NCBI GenBank assembly: GCA_965204725.1
Contig: OZ242005.1
Location: 992,001 to 1,056,000, forward strand
DNA length: 64,000 nt
Origin: Candidatus Latescibacterota bacterium
GTDB lineage: Bacteria > Latescibacterota > UBA2968 > UBA8231
Reading direction: 5' to 3'
Shown: positions 48,123-56,707 of the stretch, in pieces
Position numbering within the stretch: position 1 is the first letter of the stretch
Layout: every line of letters starts with the position of its first letter
Program-made: the position numbers and the translations under genes
Notes under the pieces: model-generated
Database searches by the model: none
What the model was told of the DNA's origin: nothing
Seen by the model: only the letters and a program-made list of their open reading frames with translations

Positions 48123-49764
48123 ACATGGCCGCGAGGTGATCTCGGTAGATGGAGATGCGGGCGGCGTGTTTTTCGCGCAAGTGGCCGATTAGCTCGTTGT
48201 AGAGGCGGTCTTCTTCCCGTTTGGTCAGCCAGTAGCGCACTTGTTTTTTCACCTCGTCGTAGGGCTTTGGCGTCGCGGCGGTTTTGTCCAGCACCTCAAA
48301 CAGGGAGAAGCCGCCTTGGCGGTGCTCGGTTGCCGTGATTTCGATTGGGCCGGTCAGCACCCCTACTTCCGCTTTGAGGGCTGCGGTGAGCAACTCGCCG
48401 AAAGCTACCCGCTCGAAGGAGTGGAGGTGGAAGGAGCCGGCGGTGTGTCCTTGGCGAATGCTGTGCTCAGCCGCCAACTCGCCTAGGTCGGCTCCGGCCC
48501 GGACTTGGGCCGCGAGGGCCTCGGCTGCGGAGCGAGTGTCCACGAGGATTTCTCGGACGCTCAGGGTTTGGTCGGCCATAAAGCGGTGCAGATTGGCCTC
48601 GTAGTAGTGCCGGAGTGCTTCCTCGCTCAGGTCGGGTTTTACGCGCCGGGCGCGCAGCTCATCGACGAGCATGGCGCGTTTTTTGCGCTTTAGCCAATCG
48701 ACAATTTGCGGCTCTTGTGCCAGCCCGCGCCGCTCAATTTCCAAGGGAAAGAGCACTTCCGGGACGAGGTAGAGCCGGACGAATTCGTCGAGGCCGCTGC
48801 TATCGGCGCGGACGCGAGCGACTCGGCTCACCTTGGGATAGAGGCGTTGAAAATCGGCGTGGGCGATTTGGCCGCCGTTGTAGTGGCCGAGGACGCCAGC
48901 CGGGTCCAGAGCGACCACAGTGCCAGCCGCGACGGTGGCCGCGAGATCGACCAGGGCGCGGGCGTTTAGCTCGACCTCGTAGGCCCGGCTCAATTCGGCG
49001 ATCAGGGCGCGTCGGCGCTCGCTGTGGGCGGCTAGCATCGCGCCTTGGGAAAAGACGAGATAATAGCTCGCCGGCGCCGGCCGCTCGTCCAAGACCTTGT
49101 ATAGGTCGTAGTGCTCGCCGACTGCGAGCGGAGCGCTGACCTCGCCTGCGGCCAAGTCGAAGATGGCCTCGGCCACCTCTAGGGGAACGCCTAAGGCGTC
49201 GATATTCCCGCGCCCGAAGTAGGATTCCAACACTCCTTGGTGCCGCCCTTCTTGGCGGTGGGTCAGGTGCGGGCCGGACAATTCTGTAAAGGGGGTGCCG
49301 TTTGCTAGCTGGCGCGACACCTGCGCGGCTTGGTCGGCCGTGGCCGAGCGGATGCGCGCTAATTTGAGGAGCCGACTCCACTTACTCTCGCTCCACTGCC
49401 GCTTTATTTCTTCGGGCGACAGGTCGATTTTGCCTTGGATTTCTAGCTTGACGAATTCTTCAAAGAGCTTTTTCTCGCGCACCTCGGCCCACTGGGCGAC
49501 AAAGCTCGAATCGGCGGCGAGCGGCTGGGCTTCCAGCAGCAGGAGCTCTAGGTCGATCATGGCTTGGAGGTATTCGTCGAGCGCATCGACGCCCTCCTTT
49601 TCGGAGAGCAAGAGGGCGGGCATGGTGTCCTTAAAGCGCAGTACGTCCGCAAAGGTTATCGACTTCTCGCCGACGCGGGCGACGACGCTTTGGTCAACGG
49701 GAGGGGCGCTGCAAGCGGCGATGAGCAACAAGCAGCCGATTGCGCGTAGAGCGGGATCCGTCAT
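48106..49764 (-). CDS. PpiC/parvulin-type foldase lipoprotein (SurA/PrsA-like)
   Basis: IAAC lipobox; VVARVG, GEVSAPL, VREILV, LAAEHS, GPI; start chosen at ATG 49764. Confidence 0.75.
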   Translation of the reverse strand: MTDPALRAIGCLLLIAACSAPPVDQSVVARVGEKSITFADVLRFKDTMPALLLSEKEGVDALDEYLQAMIDLELLLLEAQPLAADSSFVAQWAEVREKKLFEEFVKLEIQGKIDLSPEEIKRQWSESKWSRLLKLARIRSATADQAAQVSRQLANGTPFTELSGPHLTHRQEGRHQGVLESYFGRGNIDALGVPLEVAEAIFDLAAGEVSAPLAVGEHYDLYKVLDERPAPASYYLVFSQGAMLAAHSERRRALIAELSRAYEVELNARALVDLAATVAAGTVVALDPAGVLGHYNGGQIAHADFQRLYPKVSRVARVRADSSGLDEFVRLYLVPEVLFPLEIERRGLAQEPQIVDWLKRKKRAMLVDELRARRVKPDLSEEALRHYYEANLHRFMADQTLSVREILVDTRSAAEALAAQVRAGADLGELAAEHSIRQGHTAGSFHLHSFERVAFGELLTAALKAEVGVLTGPIEITATEHRQGGFSLFEVLDKTAATPKPYDEVKKQVRYWLTKREEDRLYNELIGHLREKHAARISIYRDHLAAMYDSQV

Positions 49765-49786
49765 TCCCGCGCAAGCGGGAATCCAG
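49760..49786. repeat. REP-like palindrome
   Basis: GTCATTCCCGCGCAAGCGGGAATCCAG, near-identical to 6049-6075. Confidence 0.85.
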
Positions 49787-49836
49787 CCGGTATCGTTTAG
49801 ACGCAAGAGACAACCACCAGAGTTTCAGACCGCTTC

Positions 49837-50592
49837 TTAGCTTTTGTCTGCACGCCGAGTCCGGGCGTAGTACACTTCGCGCTGGAAGTCATAGGGTATA
49901 TCCACAGTCTCGACCGGCGCGTCGCGGAAGTCGAACCGCAGCACCATGTCGCGGACCCACAGCGTGAATTCTTTGACGTCGCGGTCGAGCGGGGGAAAGA
50001 CCAAGTACCCCTCTTGCTCTTGGCCGCTGAAGATCATGTCGTCGGCAAACAGGGTGCGCTGCAAGAGGTCGCGCCGCTCCTTAAAGCCCTTGCGCGCGTT
50101 GCCGCCATAGGCTTGGGCGTAGGGCCAATAGTACTCGGTGAGGGCGAGGAGGCTGAGTGCCTCGTAGCGACGCCCGTTGGGGGCGATCAATTCGATGTTG
50201 GCGGGATTTAGGCGCACCTTGGGATAGGCGTAATTTTTGATTTTGACTAAAAATACAGTAAACCGCGTCGGGGCCTCTTCTTCGCCGGGCGGCGTCCAGT
50301 CGCCATAGGTGTAGGGATTGGTTGCCACCGCGTAGGGGTTGGGCAGGGTAAAGCCCTCTGGGGCCTCGGAGACGCCGGCGAATTGCCGATTCAGGGCCTC
50401 GGGCGACATGGGAAACACGGCGACTTCTAGCCGGTCTTTGACGAAGGTGATGCTGTGGTCGTCGCCGACTCGGTAGTTGGCGTCTGCGATTTCTGCGGGC
50501 ACTACCGGGCCGGTAAAGTGCCGATACCCCAACTTCAAGCCGCATCCGACGAGCGCGATTAGCACTAGGAGTACGCTACCCAATTTTCTCAT
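49837..50592 (-). CDS. Hypothetical lipoprotein
   Basis: LVGC lipobox; NPYTYGDW, YAYPKV, GYLVF; GAGGA RBS. Confidence 0.75.
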   Translation of the reverse strand: MRKLGSVLLVLIALVGCGLKLGYRHFTGPVVPAEIADANYRVGDDHSITFVKDRLEVAVFPMSPEALNRQFAGVSEAPEGFTLPNPYAVATNPYTYGDWTPPGEEEAPTRFTVFLVKIKNYAYPKVRLNPANIELIAPNGRRYEALSLLALTEYYWPYAQAYGGNARKGFKERRDLLQRTLFADDMIFSGQEQEGYLVFPPLDRDVKEFTLWVRDMVLRFDFRDAPVETVDIPYDFQREVYYARTRRADKS

Positions 50593-50630
50593 GGCTATCC
50601 TCGCTTCTTTGAAACCTCCTGATACAAGAT

Positions 50631-50654
50631 GAGGAGGGGCGGCTGCCCCTCCTC
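50631..50654. terminator. Intra-operon hairpin (stabiliser or weak terminator)
   Basis: GAGGAGGGGC-ggct-GCCCCTCCTC, no strong U tail on the minus strand. Confidence 0.55.
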
Positions 50655-50688
50655 TCTTTGCTACGGCTGATGCAATGCGGCCGTTGCT

Positions 50689-51612
50689 TTAGTCGAGCTG
50701 GCTGTTCAGATGGGTCTTGACTCGGCCCCAACTCGTGGATTCGACCGACGTGTCGTCGTCCTCGATCTCGTCGGCTTCGAGCAAGATGTAGTCGAGCATC
50801 TGGTCGCCCTTTTGGTCCTGACCCGTGGAGCCGCCCAGCGGATAGAGCTGGTGCTTGGCCCCGGTCTCGCCGCCGTCGCCGTCGAGCGGGCGGACGCCGA
50901 TGTGGGTTACTTGGTCCGCTTCGAATATGTGCCGAATCGCCTCGTCCTGAGTCACGCCGTGGATGTCCCAAAAGGCGTTGCGGAACTCAAAGGTGTACGA
51001 GACGTTGGTCGAGAAATGCTCGGCATCCGGCGGATTGACCGTCCAAGCGATCTCGAAGATGTCGCCCGTAGGCTGGCCCTCAAACATATCCGAGCTCCAG
51101 CCGATCGGCGGCAAGTCGATGTATTCGAGCAGGCTGTTGTACGCCACGGGCTGGCCCGGCAGCGGCTTGATGCGCAGGTGATACCGCTGGGCGTTGAGGA
51201 CCTGATCGACGTTTTCGCCGAGGAAGTCGCCGCCCGAATGGTCTGGGTCGAAGGTGATCTGGATGCAGTCGTCGTTCCACCAGCGCTTCTGGTCTTCTTC
51301 AATCAGACGCAGGGTGTCGTCTTGAACGCGAATGAAGAAGTAGAAGCGATTGTCCGGCGGCTCGCTCCACGCCATCAGAATGCTGACGTCGTAGTCTTCC
51401 TTGGCGATGGTTTCGCCGCCGGCGGTGAACATGCCCTCGGTCGTGAGGATGAATTCCTCGTCCAGCCAGCCCCAATCGTCTTCGAGGCCGTCGATGGTCA
51501 TGGCGCTGGGATTGGGCACGCCCGGAATGAAATACTCCGCGCCGACATGGGCGTTGGCCGCGCTCGCTAAGGCGAATGCTGCGGCGCAAACAAAGAAAAG
51601 GCTCTTTTTCAT
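50689..51612 (-). CDS. Secreted CBM9/DOMON-like protein with C-terminal 'TSVESTSWGRVK' motif
   Basis: Signal peptide ending ANA; TIDGLEDDW, VQDD, DCIQITFDPDHSGG; acidic; SWGxxK tail. Confidence 0.7.
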   Translation of the reverse strand: MKKSLFFVCAAAFALASAANAHVGAEYFIPGVPNPSAMTIDGLEDDWGWLDEEFILTTEGMFTAGGETIAKEDYDVSILMAWSEPPDNRFYFFIRVQDDTLRLIEEDQKRWWNDDCIQITFDPDHSGGDFLGENVDQVLNAQRYHLRIKPLPGQPVAYNSLLEYIDLPPIGWSSDMFEGQPTGDIFEIAWTVNPPDAEHFSTNVSYTFEFRNAFWDIHGVTQDEAIRHIFEADQVTHIGVRPLDGDGGETGAKHQLYPLGGSTGQDQKGDQMLDYILLEADEIEDDDTSVESTSWGRVKTHLNSQLD

Positions 51613-51721
51613 GCGTTCCCTCCGTGGGATGGGTGGTATAGCTATATAGCTAGGACGATTTATCGCGGCCCTATATTACGTTTTTCAAGGGGGCTTAGCA
51701 AGTTCAAATTTCGCCGTTTTG

Positions 51722-54358
51722 CTACTCTTGTCCGGTGCTGGCGAAAATGCGAATGAACCCCAGCGAGGTGTTGCGATCCTCGGCCTCGAAGTTTTGCGAT
51801 TCTAGCTGAAGGCCGGCGTTTAAGGTGAGTTGGTAGCCCAAATAGGCCGAGGTATTGGAGAACAGAATCGAATAGACGCGGCTGGTAAAGTCCTCGGTAA
51901 AGCCGACTTGGAGCTCGGCGGGCCGGTCGCGCAAGTTCTCAAACCAACTGAATTCTAGGCCGAGGGCGATCCAAGTTTGTTCGAGGATCGCATAGCGCGA
52001 AATCAAGAACAAGGTCTCTTCGAGCTCGCGGATGTGGGCCTGCGACGGGTCGGTGGGGACCTCGCGCTTGAAGGTGCTCTTCCACTTGGGCCAAACGGTC
52101 AGGTTGGCCCCGATGGGAATGGTGTAATCGGCTTTGGTGATCAGCCCGAAAAACGAGCGGTCGCGCCGGTCGGCGGCCTGCTCGCCCCGCTGGTTAAAAA
52201 GCTCGTGTTTGACCTTGGCGGTCGCCCTGAAGTTGCGGATGCGATTGTAGTGCGCCTGCAAGTAGATGCTGTTGACGAACGTGTCTTGGTTGTCGAGCGG
52301 ATCGGTAAAATCCGTCCGGCCCGTTGGGTCAACCCACCGCAAGCGGTCTTCCCGGATGTTGTCCTTGACCAGCTTGGCGTGCTCAAAGAGCGCGACCTGT
52401 AGGCCCGGGAAATTCCAGCGCACAGTGAACAAACCGTAGTTGGCCTTGCTCTTGCGCGCCGAGCTTAGCTGGCGCTCGCTCAAGCGGCCGAGGGTTAGCT
52501 GCGCGTCCTCGCTGAGCATCAGGCCGCCGTACGCGTTGTAGCCGCGGTGGTCGCGGTCGTAGGGATAGTCGGGCTGGCGGTCGTCTTCAAAGCGGTCAAT
52601 TAGGGTGTTGTTGTTCATGTCCATGCCGAAGAGAAAGTCCGGCGGGTCCACCTCGTAGCGCAGGAAAGGCTCGTCGTAGTCGGGCCGCGAGTTGCGGTTT
52701 TGGTTGAAGTCGGAGACGAAGTCGTTGTTTTCGTCTAGCCCGGGGAACACCGCTAAGTCGGCGCCCACCGAGCCGCCCGAAGCGCCCACCCCGGTGCCGA
52801 ATTGGCCGGCCCGCTGCCAGTCGGCAAAGCGGTCTTGGTCGTCGTTGTCATCGACGAACTCGAAGTAGTGGAAAATTTCGCTGCTGTAATCAATGCCGCC
52901 CAGCGAGTTGGCCATGAACGCGGTCGTGCTGTAATCCGGGTCCATGGTGAACATCTCGCCGTAGGCAAACCACGGATACGAGGTATAAGACGCGGTGATA
53001 TAACCGGCCTCTCCCTTGTCTTCGGCGAGGGTGTGTTGGGCTAGGTTTTGGTTGGGGAAGCGCCGGAAGCGCCGATTGCGCACAAACTCGGCGCGCAGGT
53101 CCAACCCGCCGAGGCTCAGAACCTCAAAATCCACCCCGATGACATCGCTGCCGGTGGGCAGCCCGTACTCAAAGCGCAAAAACTGCTGGTTCGACCCGTC
53201 GGATATTTCGCCTTCGGCTTGCGCTACGGGCAAAAAGACGGGGTCGCCCAAGCGGTCGGTCTGCACATTGGACGTGACATCCACTCGGTAGTCGTTGGCC
53301 AAGATCAACTCGAACTCGATTTTGCTCGCCTCCTGATAGGTCGGCACCTTTTCAGTGGGTCGGAAGCTGTTGCGGATGTCGTAGATCAGTTCGATGTTGT
53401 CCACCCCCCTAGCCTCCAAGCTGCCGCCGGTGCGAATTCCGCCGCGGACGATTGGGGTGATCTCCGGGTGAATCTCGCCATCGATCAGCACTCGGTCGAA
53501 AAACAGCAGGGCGCCGTCGTCGCTCGATTCGGGCGAATCGTCCGAGATCAAGATCGTCACGGTCTCGACGCTGCCGGTATTTTGCGGCGTGGTCAAGACG
53601 CCCTTGAGTGAGTTGTCGCCCATGTCGAGGGTGCTGCGGGCGTTGTGGGCACTGACCCACGTGGCCCCCACTTTGGCGAAATCGCCCACTTGGGCCACGC
53701 CCCGGCCGCCGAGCAGGCGGGTGGAGTTTTCCACGAGGGCTGCGGCCTCGGATTGGGTTCCGGCTGGATTGGCCGGCGAGCTGATGCGCGAGCCGAGGAA
53801 CGTGAAGGCGTACTTGTCGGCGAGGAAGTCCCACTGGATGCCGTTGAAGGTCGGCTTGGAGAAGGTCAGGGGAGTCAGGGTGGTGCGGATGGCGTCGCCC
53901 ACGGTCAGCGCGGTGTGAAACTGGCCCTTGTGGGCCGACGAGATCACCACGCGGTCGAACCAACTGCTGTAGCGCGGGCTTTTGAAGATGCCGCTGCCTT
54001 GGCGCAGGGGGTTGTTCTCGGTCCAGTCGTAAATCGTCCAGCCGCGGGCGATGTAGTTGCCGAAGGCATCGTAGTGGCGGTTGCCCTCTAGCTGGATATC
54101 GACGTAGCGCTCGTACTCGTCGCGGGCGTAGTTGCTGTACTCCCAGCCCCGCCAGCCGTATTCGTAGAAGAGGTTTTGCGGCAGGTAGAATTTGCGGCGA
54201 TTGGGTGCTAGGGCACCGGGGTGGATTCGCACCCCGTAGATACCCGGCTCGGCGATGGGCCGATAGCCAGTAGTCAACTGGGCAGCAGCACCACTCCAGT
54301 CGAGCGCGAGCAACGCCAGTGCTGCACACAATGCCGGTCGGACGAGAAACAAAAACAT
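51722..54358 (-). CDS. Large secreted protein, putative outer-membrane beta-barrel with Ca-binding-like loops
   Basis: Signal peptide; alternating aromatic strands; DDNDDQDRFAD, DENNDFVSD, DMNNNTLID; terminal FIRIFA; GAGGGAGG RBS. Confidence 0.6.
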   Translation of the reverse strand: MFLFLVRPALCAALALLALDWSGAAAQLTTGYRPIAEPGIYGVRIHPGALAPNRRKFYLPQNLFYEYGWRGWEYSNYARDEYERYVDIQLEGNRHYDAFGNYIARGWTIYDWTENNPLRQGSGIFKSPRYSSWFDRVVISSAHKGQFHTALTVGDAIRTTLTPLTFSKPTFNGIQWDFLADKYAFTFLGSRISSPANPAGTQSEAAALVENSTRLLGGRGVAQVGDFAKVGATWVSAHNARSTLDMGDNSLKGVLTTPQNTGSVETVTILISDDSPESSDDGALLFFDRVLIDGEIHPEITPIVRGGIRTGGSLEARGVDNIELIYDIRNSFRPTEKVPTYQEASKIEFELILANDYRVDVTSNVQTDRLGDPVFLPVAQAEGEISDGSNQQFLRFEYGLPTGSDVIGVDFEVLSLGGLDLRAEFVRNRRFRRFPNQNLAQHTLAEDKGEAGYITASYTSYPWFAYGEMFTMDPDYSTTAFMANSLGGIDYSSEIFHYFEFVDDNDDQDRFADWQRAGQFGTGVGASGGSVGADLAVFPGLDENNDFVSDFNQNRNSRPDYDEPFLRYEVDPPDFLFGMDMNNNTLIDRFEDDRQPDYPYDRDHRGYNAYGGLMLSEDAQLTLGRLSERQLSSARKSKANYGLFTVRWNFPGLQVALFEHAKLVKDNIREDRLRWVDPTGRTDFTDPLDNQDTFVNSIYLQAHYNRIRNFRATAKVKHELFNQRGEQAADRRDRSFFGLITKADYTIPIGANLTVWPKWKSTFKREVPTDPSQAHIRELEETLFLISRYAILEQTWIALGLEFSWFENLRDRPAELQVGFTEDFTSRVYSILFSNTSAYLGYQLTLNAGLQLESQNFEAEDRNTSLGFIRIFASTGQE

Positions 54359-54396
54359 GAGATACCCCTCCCTCAAGAGGCTTGGCCGAATTTTAG

Positions 54397-56691
54397 CTAG
54401 TACGCCACGTGGATGATCTGCGCCAAGTTTTGCACCTCGGCTTGGGCGTCGATTTGGATGCGACACAGGTAAATGCCCGGGGGCACGCGCCGGCCCTCGG
54501 CGTCTTCGCCATTCCATTCATAGACGAGGAAGCCATCGCTGTTGCGGCCCCCAGCCAACGAGCCGACCTGCCGCCCGTCGAGCGCGTAAATATCGACCGC
54601 TACCGGAGCGTCGGCCTTCAATACCGCAAAGCGAATAGAGGCGCGGTCGCCGACCCCGTCGCCGTTGGGCGTGAGGACCTTGGGCGAAATGGCGACTTTG
54701 TCGAGCAATGCCTCAGACGCGGGCACGGCCGGCAAAAACACCGTGGTGGCCGCTCGCCCGGCCGGATCGACCTGCTGCCAGAACTCCATTTCGTCGGTGT
54801 GGCCGACAAAGGCCGAAAAGAGATAGGGATTGGCGAATACGTTGGCCCGCAGGTCGATTTCGACCGTTTGTCGGCGAACCACTCGGGGCAGTTCCACGAC
54901 CAGCGAGTCGGGCAGCAGGGCTAGAGAAACCGGCTCAACCTCGACGCCGGCGACGCGGATGACCACGCTCTCGGCCGCAGCCTGCGACGGCGTGTCGAGC
55001 CGCAGCCGGTTAAAGCCCTTGTCGCCCGAGCGGAAGTCCGGCTGCAGGGTGTAGGTAAAGTGTTCCGGCTGGCCCACTTGGGCCTCGTTGGGGGACACTT
55101 GGCCCAAGGCCCCATTGAGAAACGAGTCCGTGTAGTTGAGCCGCAGCCCGTTTAGAGTGGGGGCCACGTCTGGGCTATCCGACTTGAGCACCACCTTGAA
55201 CTGCACGTAGCGCCGCGGGCTAGGCGAGAGAAACTCTTGGCCGGAAAACAGGTAGGTATTGCTCCAGCCGCTCCAATCCTCGCTCGGCCGAATGTAGGGG
55301 ACGATTTCCCCTTTCCACCGCTTCTTGAGGGCGTTGTATTCGTCCTCGGTTACTTCGTGGCCCTTGCGATGGTAGTACGTATTGCCTTCGTCCAGCCCAC
55401 TGCCCGAGCGCGTCTGCGCCAAAATTTGCGTTCCCGGGGGCAGCTCGGCGTCCCATTCGAGGGTGCGGAACACCTTGGGGCGGTCGTCTATCTTGAGGAA
55501 GTCCGAGCGCAGCTCCACTTCGGCGACATAGCCGGTGGGGATGACCACGGCTTCGGCCATCGCGCCGCTGCTGCTGCCCCCGAAGACCATTTCGAGATGG
55601 CGCAGGGGCCGATACGGGTGCATGAGGTACGTGATCGGCTCGGGGTTGTTCCAATCGCCCGGCTCGGGGAAGTCGAAGAGGACGTCGAAGTTGATGTCGC
55701 CCGAGGGCTTGAGCTCGCCAGCCGACCCCAAAAGCCGATGGCGCAAGATGCGGGGCCGCCCCCAAGTGGTGGTTTCCTGAAACGCGACGAAGATGACGCG
55801 GTTGATCCAAAAGACCGCGCCCAGATCCCAGCGCCATTGGGCGATGAACTGGCCGGTCTCGCTCCAGTTGAGCTCCTCCCAGAAGGTATTGACATTGCCG
55901 TCGATCATGGCCGGAGCGCGCTCCTTGCCCTGATCGTCGATGATGCCGCCCCGCCCCGCGGTTCCTTGGGCGATGTTCTGCCCAAACGAGATGACCTCGA
56001 CCTCGGCGAGGGCCGCGCCCTCGCTCTTGACGTCGGCGATGATGCGGATGTATTGGGTGGGAGCGAAAGACGCAGAGACGTCCGCGGCCGCGGCGGGTTG
56101 GCCAAAGCTCAGCACCCGTTTGGTCGCCTCGCCAAAGGCCACGGGATACGACAAGAGGGTCTCTTCGTTGCGCTTGGTCGTGCCGCCGATGAGGTTGAAG
56201 AGGAAGACGTCGTCGGTGATGGATTGGAATTTGCCGTCGGAGCCAAAGACCCGCAGTGCCCGCAGCGGGCGCGCCCCTTCCTCGTCGGGGAAGTGCAGGC
56301 GGATTTCTTTGACGGCCACCATCCGGCCCAAGTTGATCTCGATCCACCACGCGTTGAGCGGGTCGTCTGGGTTGGGTTGCCAGTAGGTGGTCGGGTCGTC
56401 GTCGATGATCAGGGGGGCGTCGGCCGCGTTGGACCCGGCCTTCCACACCCCGCCGCGCTGCTCGCCGGCCTTTTTGAGCTCGTGCGTGAACAGCGGCGCG
56501 CTCGGCGCGGCGTTGAAGGGCTGCTCAAACCGAATCGGCTTGATCGACCCATCGGTGCGCAGGTCGAGGGTGCCGACCGGGAAGACCCAAGTCTCCCACT
56601 GCCGCTTGGTATTGACCTCAAAGACTTCTTGAGAATGGGCAACACTCGCTGGCAAAACCAGCGTCAGCAAACTAAGCCATAGTCGGTTCAC
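54397..56691 (-). CDS. Secreted protein with discoidin-like domains and C-terminal FlgD-Ig domain
   Basis: IIDDDPTTYW, IDGNVNTFW, PSPRRYVQF, LTPNGDGVGD...WNGED...VPPGIY...HVAY. Confidence 0.8.
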   Translation of the reverse strand: MNRLWLSLLTLVLPASVAHSQEVFEVNTKRQWETWVFPVGTLDLRTDGSIKPIRFEQPFNAAPSAPLFTHELKKAGEQRGGVWKAGSNAADAPLIIDDDPTTYWQPNPDDPLNAWWIEINLGRMVAVKEIRLHFPDEEGARPLRALRVFGSDGKFQSITDDVFLFNLIGGTTKRNEETLLSYPVAFGEATKRVLSFGQPAAAADVSASFAPTQYIRIIADVKSEGAALAEVEVISFGQNIAQGTAGRGGIIDDQGKERAPAMIDGNVNTFWEELNWSETGQFIAQWRWDLGAVFWINRVIFVAFQETTTWGRPRILRHRLLGSAGELKPSGDINFDVLFDFPEPGDWNNPEPITYLMHPYRPLRHLEMVFGGSSSGAMAEAVVIPTGYVAEVELRSDFLKIDDRPKVFRTLEWDAELPPGTQILAQTRSGSGLDEGNTYYHRKGHEVTEDEYNALKKRWKGEIVPYIRPSEDWSGWSNTYLFSGQEFLSPSPRRYVQFKVVLKSDSPDVAPTLNGLRLNYTDSFLNGALGQVSPNEAQVGQPEHFTYTLQPDFRSGDKGFNRLRLDTPSQAAAESVVIRVAGVEVEPVSLALLPDSLVVELPRVVRRQTVEIDLRANVFANPYLFSAFVGHTDEMEFWQQVDPAGRAATTVFLPAVPASEALLDKVAISPKVLTPNGDGVGDRASIRFAVLKADAPVAVDIYALDGRQVGSLAGGRNSDGFLVYEWNGEDAEGRRVPPGIYLCRIQIDAQAEVQNLAQIIHVAY

Positions 56692-56707
56692 GGCTACCGT
56701 TCCTTTC

